Below, one piece after another: positions 1-11,836 of a DNA stretch of 64,000 bases. The stretch lies in the NCBI RefSeq assembly GCF_006345805.1, contig NC_043000.1, forward strand, positions 126,976,001 through 127,040,000. The letters are read 5' to 3'. Both the position numbers and the translations under genes were made by a program. The stretch's first letter is position 1, and each line of letters begins with the position of its first letter. The notes beneath the pieces are model-generated. The model saw only the letters and a list, made by a program, of their open reading frames with translations. It had not been told where the DNA came from and searched no databases. The DNA comes from Octopus sinensis. Its lineage: Eukaryota.

Positions 1-1430
1 CCTTTTAGGATCAATAAAGAAAGTAGCAAGGTTGTAGATTAAACCTGAGATTAATCCTTTAGATTAATCCTGTAGATTAACCATGTAGATTAACCCTGGG
101 ATTCATAAGGCCAGTTTCTCAGTTTCCATAGTGTGTAAGTGATCAAGATCATAACAATCCTTCTGAGTTTCATTTTTGTATTGGGTTTGCAAGATTCTTT
201 ATGTGAATCTGTGTGTTGAAACAAATTTTGTTGTGTCCACAAAGCGTCATCATGCCAATATAATTAACACACACACCGGTTCAATTCCACTCATTTATTA
301 TTATTAGTTGTTAATATTGGCATAATGACTATCCCCAGACACAACAAAATCTCTCTGAACGGGATGCTAAAAATGAGTACAAGCAAAGTGTGGGTACAGT
401 ACTCTTTCCCTCCAGCTGTTGTATCCAGGTTGTAATCCTTGGTCAAAGAGAGTTAGAGTTGGGCTGGTGTCTGTCTCTGCTTGCAATGACATAGGGTCAT
501 ACACTGCAATATTTGTTCTGGCTCTTTGTGTTCTGAGTTCAAATCCCACCATAGCCTACTTGAGTGGTAGATTTAATCCATCACCTAGTTTCAACATGGT
601 CACCAGGTACTTTGGCAGTCTTTAACAAAGTCCACTAGCTTTCAAGCATTTGAATCATGTTTCCAATTTAAGGACACCTTCATTCCTCCCACAAGTCTTA
701 GAGGTCCTGTAATATATTATGGGTATTAGCTTCCTTCCTGAACAAAAGATGAAAAAAAGTCCAAATGATTAGATATAACCTATAGATCTGTTATATTGAT
801 TTAGATATACCATGCCTCCATCTTGCAAAGAATCATACTGCATATGCAGTATCTGATTTGGGTGAGATTTGGTTGCTATTTCTAGTTGGTTAAACAACCA
901 TGAAGAGGCTCCTTTACTGGGTCATGGTGTTATAGATGTGTCTGTTTGAAGTTGACTGTGCATTTGCTGACAAGAAGTATGTTGCTGCAGCAATAAATTT
1001 AATTCTTTTTACTCCATGCAAGCCCAAGTGCTCTTTCCATTTTAGGATTTTGTTTGTGTTATAATGGCAATATGGACTTTGTGCAACCAGCGATGAAGTA
1101 AAGTGCACAATTTTATTTGTTGTTTATTGTGGTTAGTTGTGAGAATATTGGGACCCCTTACAGAAGTGCTTAATCTATAGAGGATCTAACTACATATATA
1201 TACAACAATTTTATTTTTGTTGGCCAAATATAAGCATATTCTTAGTAATGTATGTGCATCAATTTGCTTTCCTTACTATGTCTTATACATATATATATAT
1301 ATATATTATATATATATATATATAATATATATATATATAATTTTAATCCAAACAGGAAACAAAAAAACAACAACAATGGAACAATTACAGTATTATTATT
1401 AATAGGCGCTCAGGAAATGGAAGCAGGGAG

Positions 1431-1465
1431 GTATGACGTTTCGAGCGGAGCTCTTCGTCGGAAAC
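1431..1465 (-). ncRNA. Minimal type I hammerhead motif (U4C core variant) in a solo PLE-terminus remnant (~1350-1565) between (TA)n tracts
   Basis: Minus strand reads gttt-CCGACGA-a-gagc-tcc-gctc-GAAAC-GTC-atac. Confidence 0.7.
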
Positions 1466-1564
1466 ATAAAGAAGGAAGAGAGAGGAAAGAAAGATCCCAG
1501 AGCGGGCAACAGGGAAAGAGAAAAAAGACGACTGGTGTTTACGAGTTGCACATGGTGAAAAAAA

Positions 1565-1599
<35 letters not shown>

Positions 1600-2349
1600 T
1601 TTATATATATAAATTAATAATAGTATGTTTACCGTCATGGAGATTCTTATAGTAGTAGAAAAGGAATTTTTAACTCCTATTTCTAATTTCAGTATGTGGT
1701 GAAGAAGTTAGCTGAACCCTAATTATAATTATATATATATATATCTTCTTGTATTTTAGTGGAGGTGTTGTATACATTCTGGTATCCAAAACATGTCTTC
1801 TGTGTGTGATACATACAAACATACATACACTACAGGCATACATCACATCCTACATATATACATACATACCATATACATATATTACATACTACATATACAC
1901 TCATATCGATATACATGTATACACACATACATAAATACATACATTACATACACACATATACATAGGTACTTACACATACCTACATGCAAGCACACACATG
2001 CATAAATATGTACACAATATCTATAACAGATGGGCTGTAGAAAGGCTAATGCATAAAATAAGTTCTGTTCTTATTGCTTTAGTGCCAGCTCATGCCTGAC
2101 ACAGCAGATCTATTATCAAGGCATTAATTTTTCAGCTATAAGGTCATATCTGGGATTATATTATTCAGTGTGAATTGTTATTTTATGACAGAAAGGTGCG
2201 ATTGAAAATAAATTTGACTGTTATTTCTAGCAGATAAGGGTACCATACAGAGGCTCCTTTATTGGATCTTTTAAAAAAGGTAAATCAGAGAAATAAATTT
2301 GATAGCGAAAAATCTATCATAGTGTTTATGGTAAAAAGGGTGACATTTT

Positions 2350-3040
2350 CGTGTGTGTGTGTGTGTACGAATGACTTAGAAATATTTATGTGCTGATGTG
2401 TGTATGTATAACTTGCTTGTATGTGTGTGTGTGTGTGTGTGTGTGCGCGCGAATGACTTAGAAACATTTATGTACTGATGTGTGTATGTGTATGCATGAT
2501 TTTATATGTATGCTTGTATGTATGTGTGTGTGTGTGTGTGTATGTGTGTGTGCAAATGACTTAGAAATATTTATGTCCTGGTGTGTGTATGTATGACTTT
2601 ATATGTATACCTGTATGTGTGTGTGTGTGTATACATGTGTGTTAGTTTGTAAAACTGAGAACATCACATGCATGTGTGTATTTCTGTACATGTGTGTGTA
2701 CAGTTGAGAATATCAAACATGTGTGTATGAGCATCGCATGTAAGTGTGTGTGCATGTATGTGTGCACACATACGTGTGTGTGTGTGTGTGTGTGTGTGCA
2801 TGTGTGAAGTTGATAACAATCATAGGTGTGTATATATGTAAACTTGAGAACATCATGTGTGTGTGTATGCATGTACGTGTAAAGTTGAGAACATCATACA
2901 AATGTGTGCATGTGTGAGTGTGTGTGTCTATGTGTGCAACTGAGAACATCATGTCTGTGTATGTGCGTTTCTGTAAACTGAAGAATATCATATGAATGTG
3001 TAAGTAAGAGTATAAAATTGAGAACATCACATGTGCCATC
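2350..3040. repeat. Compound (TG)-based minisatellite
   Basis: 3 copies of aatgacttagaaa.atttatgt.ctg.tgtgtgtatg and about 8 of tgagaacatca-like units separated by (TG)n. Confidence 0.85.
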
Positions 3041-4576
3041 AATTAGGTGTGTCACCTAGCAACCAGTATCTATTGATAAGTGTCATATTTTTGGTAAAAA
3101 TCTCCCGAAATATTCAGCAAGAAAATATCTAAATAATGGATGCATTTTATGAAAGCCATTCACAAACTCTCTCTCTCACACACACACACACACAATCTCC
3201 CTTTCCTTCTCTCTCTCTCACTCTCTATCTCTCTTTACTTTCACTTTCACATAGTTAGGCAAATTAAGATGGTAGTTCTAGTCCATGGTACGATAAGCCA
3301 TATTACTTCAATTTAGAAGTTTATCAATGATTATTGATTATTGATTAGATGTGATTAGTTATTACATTTACAGTGATATCTTCTATTAATTTCTTTAATA
3401 CAATTTAGTCATTTGAGTCATTTTGGAATAATAACGATGATTTACACAGCCATTAAGAAACAACAACTTGTGGAAGGTGCTAGAAAAATCCCTCTCAACA
3501 TATGTATGTTCAAATGTTTACAGTTCTCTTGTGGTTAAGAAGCTTGGTTTGTAATTACATGGATTCGGCTTCAGTGTCACAATTGCCCAAGGTACCAACC
3601 TTGGGCAACTGTCTTCCAATTTAGCTCCAGGCTGATCAGTGCCTTGTGATTGAATATTAATAAGATTAACCTTCATAATTTTATTGAATTAGGGGCATAT
3701 TTTTCCATAAAAGGAAAATGTTGCTATCGATCTATTTTATTCAAGATTGGCACTGCCTACCTTGCCTACCTAGGTGGCACGTCCTGCCTTCAAGGTATGC
3801 ACAGGCATGACTGCAGTCCAATGTTGGAAACAAGAAAAAGATACACACTAGGAATTTCCTTCAGCATTTTGGTTTGTATTTTGAACAAGAGACACAACTG
3901 GCCAGTATCGGCCACCTGATTGGTCAATAGTTTATACTAATGTTTCTTAATCTAGGAGGGTTACCTCTGCAAGGTATAAGGGTGTGATAGCAATTTCTTT
4001 TTCCCCTTGAGTAGACCTATGTTCAAAGACATTCCATCCATAATCATCCAGTATAATTAGAAAATATCTACAACTATATTACTCAATGTATCCCTTTCCA
4101 TTTTTTTTTTTTGCATTATGTTTTAAGATGTTAGATGTGATTTAAGGAAGATTTGGCTATTATTGTTACCAAGTCAACTGATCTCAGAATTCTTTTATAT
4201 AATTAATATAAAACCTGATGTATAATTAATCATTGTTTAGTTCTCTTGCACAGCTCAGTTTCAATTTTCTTGGAAAAGTTTGGCAGGAATAGTGATGCTT
4301 CTTAACCATTTAATATTTATTACACGAGACATCTTTCGGAAGTATGTGACATGTATATCATCATTCTTTAGTGAGAGACTTTATTCAAATGAAGTTCACT
4401 GGTCTGGCTTTCCACAACATGACAAACATTTGCTACTCTGAAAAATGTTGACTGGATTAAAGAAAAATTTAAGAATTAATTTTTCTGTATAAGACAGATT
4501 GTTGTTCTTTAATTCTTCATCAACGTTGATTGAACAAACTTATGATGAAATGCATTTCAGCCAAGACCTTTTTGTC

Positions 4577-4974
4577 TCTTTTACTCTTTTACTTGTTTCT
4601 GTCATTTGACTGGCCATTCTGGAGCACCACCTTTAGTCAAGCAAATCGACCCCAAGACTTATTCTATGTAAGCTTAGTACTTATTTTATTGGTCTCTTTT
4701 GCCAAACTGCTAAGTTACAGGGACGTAAACACACCAGCATCGGTTGTCAAGCGATGTTGGGGGGACAAACACAGACACAAATACACACACATATATATAT
4801 ACATATACATATGATGGGCTTCTTTCAGTTTCCATCTACCAAATCCACTCACAAGGCTTTGGTCAGCCCGAGGCTATAGTAGAAGACACTTGCCCAAGGT
4901 GCCACACAGTGAGACTGAACCCGGAACCATGTGGTTGGTAAGCAAGCTACCTACCACACAGTCACTCCTGCGCC
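4577..4974 (-). mobile_element. SINE family A copy
   Basis: Same head, core and tail; recurrent spurious ORF ...[17 protein letters not shown]. Confidence 0.85.
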
Positions 4975-6134
4975 TGTCTGTTTATAGCTATCAAGAAACA
5001 CATAATTCAAATGTCCTTTGTTTTTAAAGCTGGTAAAGCATGATTTGAAGGAGAATTTGGTTGTCACTTCTAAGTTGAGTGACAATATGAAGGCTTCCTT
5101 ATTCGCTTAAAGATTTTCTTGTTGACTGATAACATCACCACAAAATATTATTTCTTGTTAAAGTATAGAGCCATCCTGATTGAACCAGTGATGTATCAAG
5201 GGTTTTCAGCACCCAGAGGCAGAGACAATTTTGATGCCCCTCTACTTACAATCATAATTAATAGACATTGTGAGTGAGAGGAAAATTTGTGCTCCACTCA
5301 CACTTTCATCTGGGTGTAACTGCAGCCCTTGTCCCTCTCTTACCACACCTTGAGATGAAGCAGATCTATGGTCAACAGGATTTCAGCTATGGATATTTGT
5401 CTTTTAAGAGGTACCAAGGACTCTATTATCCAAAGATCTAATGTCTTCTCATTGCCTAGGACTAACTGTGTGGTTTGAGGGAGATTTGGTTACTATTTAT
5501 ATCAGATCAAATAATCAAATAGAAGATCCTACTTGGAGATGGATGTTCACAATTATACTTATAAGAGGTATCATATTCTCTTTTTTTCAGAGTTGCACCA
5601 AACCTTGTGACCAATATTGGTGTGATAGTTAATTTCTTTTTATTGCACTTGAAATTTCTTTTAGATATTATATTAAAAAACAGGAAAAAAAAAATCTAAT
5701 TTGGAGTATATTTCTCTCTTCTTTTTATTGATAGTGTGAAGTAAGATATCTATTTTGGCATGACTTCAATAATTCAGGAAATACAGATTTTGAATAATTT
5801 ACTAAAGCTAAAGTTGAAAAATCTTGTTTTAAAGAAATTAATTTTGTAATGCGAACGGTAATTATTTTCAATGAGGTAAAATTGATGCACCAAGAGAACT
5901 ATGACATTCTAAAGGATATAAAGCAAAAACTGAAGCATGGTTTGAACCCATAACCTTCAGATCAGCTGTCTAGTACTTAAATTACTCAACTATATGAATT
6001 AACTTTTCTATACATCAAAAAGTAACTGAACCATTTGATAAACTGGGAATGACTGAATGTGTAATGTCAGTATCTATGAAGGATGAATGATAAATCAGAA
6101 TCAAACTGAGACAAAAAAAAATCTGATTATAACT

Positions 6135-6210
6135 GGAATAAGATGTAGTGTGCAAGAGAGAAGACTGATTTGGTATGGATATGTGATGTGTATGGAGGAT
6201 TGTTGTTGTT
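6135..6210 (+). mobile_element. Small RTE-like LINE C-terminal fragment
   Basis: Reads GIRCSVQERRLIWYGYVMCMED, similar to the RTE RRLRWYGHVMR motif. Confidence 0.4.
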
Positions 6211-6714
6211 GTTAAGCAACAAGACGGGTAAGGGTGATTAGGTGATGGTCTAGGGTTTAGGGGCGGGAGACCCCAGACCTTGAAAAAAAAAACCCAAAAA
6301 ACTTTGGTCGTCTTGTTGTAGTCAAGGGCTCTTTGTTGACGCCAGACACCACTGGGAGGTGGCTCTTGAAGTCACTAGAAATGGAGACCTCCAGGTCCAA
6401 ATTCTTGGACGGCGTGTATGGAGGATGGTAAATAGGGTAAAGAAGTGCCTATGATCCAAATGAAAGGAACCTGTTGGAGTGGATGACCAAAGAAGTTATG
6501 GGAAGAGGTAATGGAAACATATATCAGGAAGCTGAACTTTGTGAAGATGATAAAAAGGTTGTACAAACTGGAAAGGTTCTGTTAGAGAAGCTCAATTCAA
6601 CCTATGTAAGTAGAGAAAAACGGAAGTAAAATAATATGTGTACACAGCAGACACATGCATGCACACACACACACAATATATATATATATATATTGCATTT
6701 TTTCCAATGGCCGG

Positions 6715-6773
6715 ATAATTGAAGAGATGACGGCATGGATTTCCACCCCGGCATCCGAAACCCGGAGTTTTAT
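6715..6773 (+). ncRNA. Degenerate type I hammerhead motif in a PLE-terminus remnant (~6700-6806)
   Basis: ataa-TTGAAGA-gatgacgg...ccggcatc-c-GAAAC-ccgga-GTT-ttat; a second copy of the 3' half lies at 51817. Confidence 0.65.
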
Positions 6774-6964
6774 AATGGCTACCGAATAATTGTCACATAT
6801 TACATTTATATATATATATATGCAACAAAACCTCCCAAAACTAGAAACCCATAATTAAGTATTATCCTAGCCATAATAGGACTACCAATGAAAGACAATC
6901 ACACAATATCAATATATGTAATTAAAAACACTATCAACCAAAAAAAGAAAAAAACAAGAACCCT

Positions 6965-7590
6965 TTAACAAGTTCATCCCCATCCCTGATGTCTAAGTTG
7001 CAGATTTCTTTGAGTGTCCAGTCTAGTAATACAAATATTGGCACTAACACTGGCACTTTGACAGCAATGCAGGATTCATATTCTTATTGCAATCAGCTCT
7101 GACTTCCACACCTTCTGTAGTCTGCTGCAGTAACTTTTGTCACTAGTTTTGCTCATATTGCCAATGCATGCAATATTCTCATCAATTCCATGATATTTGT
7201 CATTGCTGATCATATTCTCTGCTTCAACTATAATCTTTCCTCATTTGGTTAACAAATATGAACGCTTATCTTCACAGAACTTCATTCCAACATCTCACGA
7301 AAATGTTGTGACTAACACTACCAGTCTATTGATGTCAGATGTTACTTAAGTATAGCGTGAGGTTATCAACAAAAACGATGTAGACAACATTAATTTAGTC
7401 TGTCCTCTGCAGACCCCATTGTGTAGCTTTCGCATTTCCTTAAAACAAAGCCAACAAGGTGTTCACTACCAGAATGAAAAACATTACAAATAAGCTGTCA
7501 CCTTGCAATATTCCTGTTGACAGCCTAATTTTGTTAGTGCTTATGGTAGTAGTCCCTGTTCTTATTGATAGCTCTGTGACTATACTGTTG
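6965..7590 (-). mobile_element. Decayed R4/Dong-like non-LTR retrotransposon RT fragment
   Basis: Broken frames read TGILQGDSLFVMFFILVVN, IVFVDNLTLY, FS*DVGMKFCEDK, SRLQKVWKSEL and VPVLVPIFVLLDWTLKEICNLDIR, matching R4/Dong RT domain order. Confidence 0.75.
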
Positions 7591-7663
7591 CCAGTCTCTT
7601 AACGGCAATATGTGTGTCATGTGTGTGTGTGTGTAAGTATGTATGTATGTATGTATGTATGTA

Positions 7664-7740
<77 letters not shown>

Positions 7741-7745
7741 ATATA

Positions 7746-7785
<40 letters not shown>

Positions 7786-8100
7786 TTATATATATACATA
7801 TATATAACCTACACACATATACATATACAGTATATAGTTGTATACGAAATGATTTGAAAACAAATCAAATCAAACATAGGAAAACAAAATACATTTAATA
7901 TTCTAATTATGTAGGACATAATTGCATTTCTGTAAGATAAATGCATGTAAAACTAGATGTACATTTGTTTGTCTACCTTAGAGAAATATAATTATGTCCC
8001 AGGTGATGAAAAAATGTGTATTATTATTCCAGTATGCGTTGTCACTAGATTTCTTTTCACTTGACAATTCTGTTTACAGTTTATATATATATATATATAT

Positions 8101-8144
<44 letters not shown>

Positions 8145-8204
8145 TACAAGTATATTTATATATCTATCTATTTATATGTACTCATGTGTATGCATGTGCC
8201 TGTA

Positions 8205-8250
<46 letters not shown>

Positions 8251-8323
8251 CATACTCACACACACATATATATATGTAATGTAGATGTATATATGTGTAT
8301 ATGTACATCTATCTATCTATTAA

Positions 8324-8359
<36 letters not shown>

Positions 8360-9048
8360 AGAGAGAGAGAGAGAGAGAGAGTGAGAGAGAGAAAGAGAGA
8401 GAGAGAGAGGTAGGGGGTGAGAGAGATTGACAAATACATAGAAAGAAAGACAGAGACATAGATAAAGAGGCAGATTTGATAGATATAGCAACTACTGTCT
8501 TAGACACAGCCTGACCATTGCTGTCATAACAACAGCAACAACAAATTTTACACGCAAAACAGATTTCTTGGACACATTAATCACCATGGAATCACGGGTG
8601 ATTTCTCGTAGCCCTTTAGAAAAGAGATCTGCCAGGACAAAATTAGTTATTACCAATTATTTGTCTGGACTTGCTTTTGACCTGTGCGTGTACTGAATGA
8701 AGTTGGCAGTGAACAGACTGACAGGATCTGAACACTGATAATATATGACATTTTGTTTATGGTTAATTCTTCAATTGGGGAATAATTTGACAACTTTATT
8801 GGGTCTAATTTTCTTTGTTGATTTGTTTTCTTTTTTTTTGTTTTTTGTATTGTTTAAGTGTGGTTATTTATGGTTTTTGATAATGTCACTACAACCACCA
8901 CTACAGTGAATGACTGGTAGTGGCCAACACCACTACTACTGCTGCCATCACCATCATCGTAGATTTTCACAGTTTTAAATAAACATAGTATTATTAAGTG
9001 GTTCTAGACCAATGGATGGCCATGGTAAGGTTGGGATTGAATTTGGTT

Positions 9049-9051
<3 letters not shown>

Positions 9052-9079
<28 letters not shown>

Positions 9080-9201
9080 GGAGGAGGAGGCGGAGGGGGA
9101 GGAGGAGGAGAAGAAGAAGAAGAAGAAGAAGAAGAAGAAGAAGAAGAAAAGAAGAAGAAGAAGAAGAAGAAGAAGAAGAAGAAGAAGAAGAAGAAGAAGA
9201 A
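9052..9201. repeat. (AAT)n-(GAG)n-(AAG)n trinucleotide block
   Basis: Direct reading. Confidence 0.95.
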
Positions 9202-11483
9202 AGTAGATACTGTTCAGATATTTGGCTTGCACAATTTCCACTTTAATCAGCAGACATCAGTTTTAAAGTTATCTAAGTAAAAGTTAGATCTGTAAATATT
9301 AAGTTCGCACAATTGTGTTTAAGATTAACAATTTTAGTGAAGAGTTAACATCACTTCCTGAAAACCTACCAAGAGAGTCTGTGAAAACAATCAGCTTTTA
9401 TATTTAGATAAGGTGATTATATTTACTCTTAAACTAATTTTCTAGTTTTTCTAAGATTGGCTCTTATTGGGAAACATGATAAACACTGATAAACTCTGGC
9501 CACATGAACGAACATGGAGATAGCATCTTTTAAGTTGAAAGACTCTTCTTGTTTTGTTACATTTATGACATTTTATGATTCGCGATAAATGCTTACACCG
9601 TTTGAAGTTAATGATGGTGGGACTTGCATTGTTCTTTCACTCATATCTCTGCTTTGTTAAGTGTTGTTGTATGTGAAACTGAAGTTTTTGTATCTGAGGA
9701 GAGAAAGTTTTTGCACCACAGCATAATGGAAGAAATACATATGCAATGCTTGCTTATGAAAGTGACAAATCAATGGTACCCCAGTACCTCACTGGGGGGA
9801 CTGTTCTTAGCCAATGAAAGTAAACTGCTGCCACTGCTACCACTATGATCACCACAAGCCCTCCCTCTTCCATGGCATTGGTAGCATAGGCGAAGACAAT
9901 GACAATAATGATGACAACAAGGATGACTTCTATCCCCCACTAGCACCTAGAACCACCACCATCACTTTTATGTCCACTTTTCTATTTTTTGTTTCATACC
10001 CACAAGGGGCTAAACACAGAGGGGACAAACGGATTAAGTCGATTACATTGACTCCAGTGCGTAACTGGTACTTATTTAATCAACCCCGAAAGGATGGAGG
10101 GCAAAGTCGACCTCGGTGGAATTTGAACTCAGAACGTAACGGCAGACGAAATACTGCTAAGCATTTCACCCGGCGTGCTAATGTTTCTGCCAGCTCGCTG
10201 CTTTCCACTTTTCTATGCTGGTATGTGTTGGACAAGTCTTCACAGTCCAAGTTGGTTCCTATATGATGTTACTACACAATGACATGAGTCAAGAGACCAT
10301 GTCCCACTCATACACTGCAATTTTTTGCTTTGTTTCATTAGCTCGATGCCTTTCCTATCACCAACTACTTTACAGGAATGTACAGGATACATTTTATTGT
10401 AGCACCAGCACTAGAGAAGTGGTTATGACATCAAGACCAAAGAGTTTTCTCAACCCTACACTGTCTCTATCTTTCACTAACTGCATTATAGATTGCTTGT
10501 GTTTCAATAAAATGCACCCAATGGTGCATTTTATCATGGCACTAGCAATAATGAGGTTATGTACTTCACACAATGTACAGGGTGCGTTTTATTGTGATAC
10601 CAATACTAATGAGATTGCATTGTATCATTTAAAGCTACAGAGTCCTTACTACTGTTTGATATATTTGAACCCTCAAGGCAACATGTCCAAGAAGGCAACA
10701 TGCACATGCATACATGCATATTGTGAAATCCCAGTCAACTGGATTTTCACAATAAATTTGACTCTACTCTGAGTATAGAGTCACAACATCAGTAAATGCT
10801 TGGTTATTATTTTTAGAAATGCTTTAAAATAATAACATTACTTTAACATTTACATACATATTTATATATACACATACATATGTGTGCTCATGTATATATA
10901 CATATATATACACACACACATATATATATATATATTATGCTGTGCTTGAGAAGACCCGGCAAGCAAAGTGAGACCATAACCATAGCCTATGCCAGTGCAG
11001 AATAACAAGCCCATTTAAGAGTACTCTTCAATCATTGGGCAATAATCTGTGCTTGCGAAGACCTGTTGAGGCAAGTGAAGTCGTTGTTGTGGCTGATGAC
11101 AGTACTGCCTGATTGGTACCTGTGCTGGTGGCATGTAAAAAGCACCATCAGAGCATGGTTGATGCCAATACCACCTGACTGGTCCTTGTGCCGTTGGCAT
11201 GTAAAAAGCACCCACTAAATTCTTGGAGTAGTTGGCATTAGGGAGGGCATCCAGCTGTAGAAACATTGCCAGATCAGATTGGAGCCTGGTGCAGCCTTCT
11301 GACTTGCCAGCCCTCAGTCTAACCGTCCAACCCATGCCAGCTTGGAAAATGGACATTAAACGACAACGAGGATAATGATGATGATATATATTAATGTTTG
11401 ACAGTTTTACATTAAGTCAAAGGACTACTTGATACATGTGGTGGAGAACTAATTTATTATTATTTAACAAGAATAATATTGAT

Positions 11484-11564
11484 AGTGACTTCAAAGTTTT
11501 GGTCAGCTAAGCCATCATTGGACTGTCTGATGATGGCTTGGCTGGCTGAAACTTCGAAGTCACT
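11484..11564. ncRNA. Head-to-head inverted pair of degenerate hammerhead motifs
   Basis: Right arm CTGATGA-tggcttggctggct-GAAAC-ttcgaa-GTC-act; the left arm is its imperfect reverse complement. Confidence 0.65.
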
Positions 11565-11613
11565 GAAAATACAATACAAGTATTTATATCTATATTTTAC
11601 TATATTTTATATA

Positions 11614-11790
11614 GGTGCAGGAGTAGCTACGTGGTAAGAAGCTTGCTTCCCAACCACATGGTTCTGGGTTCAGTCCCATTGTGTGGCATCTTGGGCAAGT
11701 GTCTTCTACTATAGCCTCGGGCTGACCAAAGCCTTATCAGTGGATTTGGTAGACGGAAACTGAAAGAAGATCATTTTATATATATATATA
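11614..11790 (+). mobile_element. SINE family A, 5' half (3' half at 15435-15650)
   Basis: The two halves together reconstitute the 55789-56200 layout. Confidence 0.8.
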
Positions 11791-11836
11791 TAAAATGATC
11801 TTCTTTCATGGTTGATATGATAATAGTAAAGTTTAC

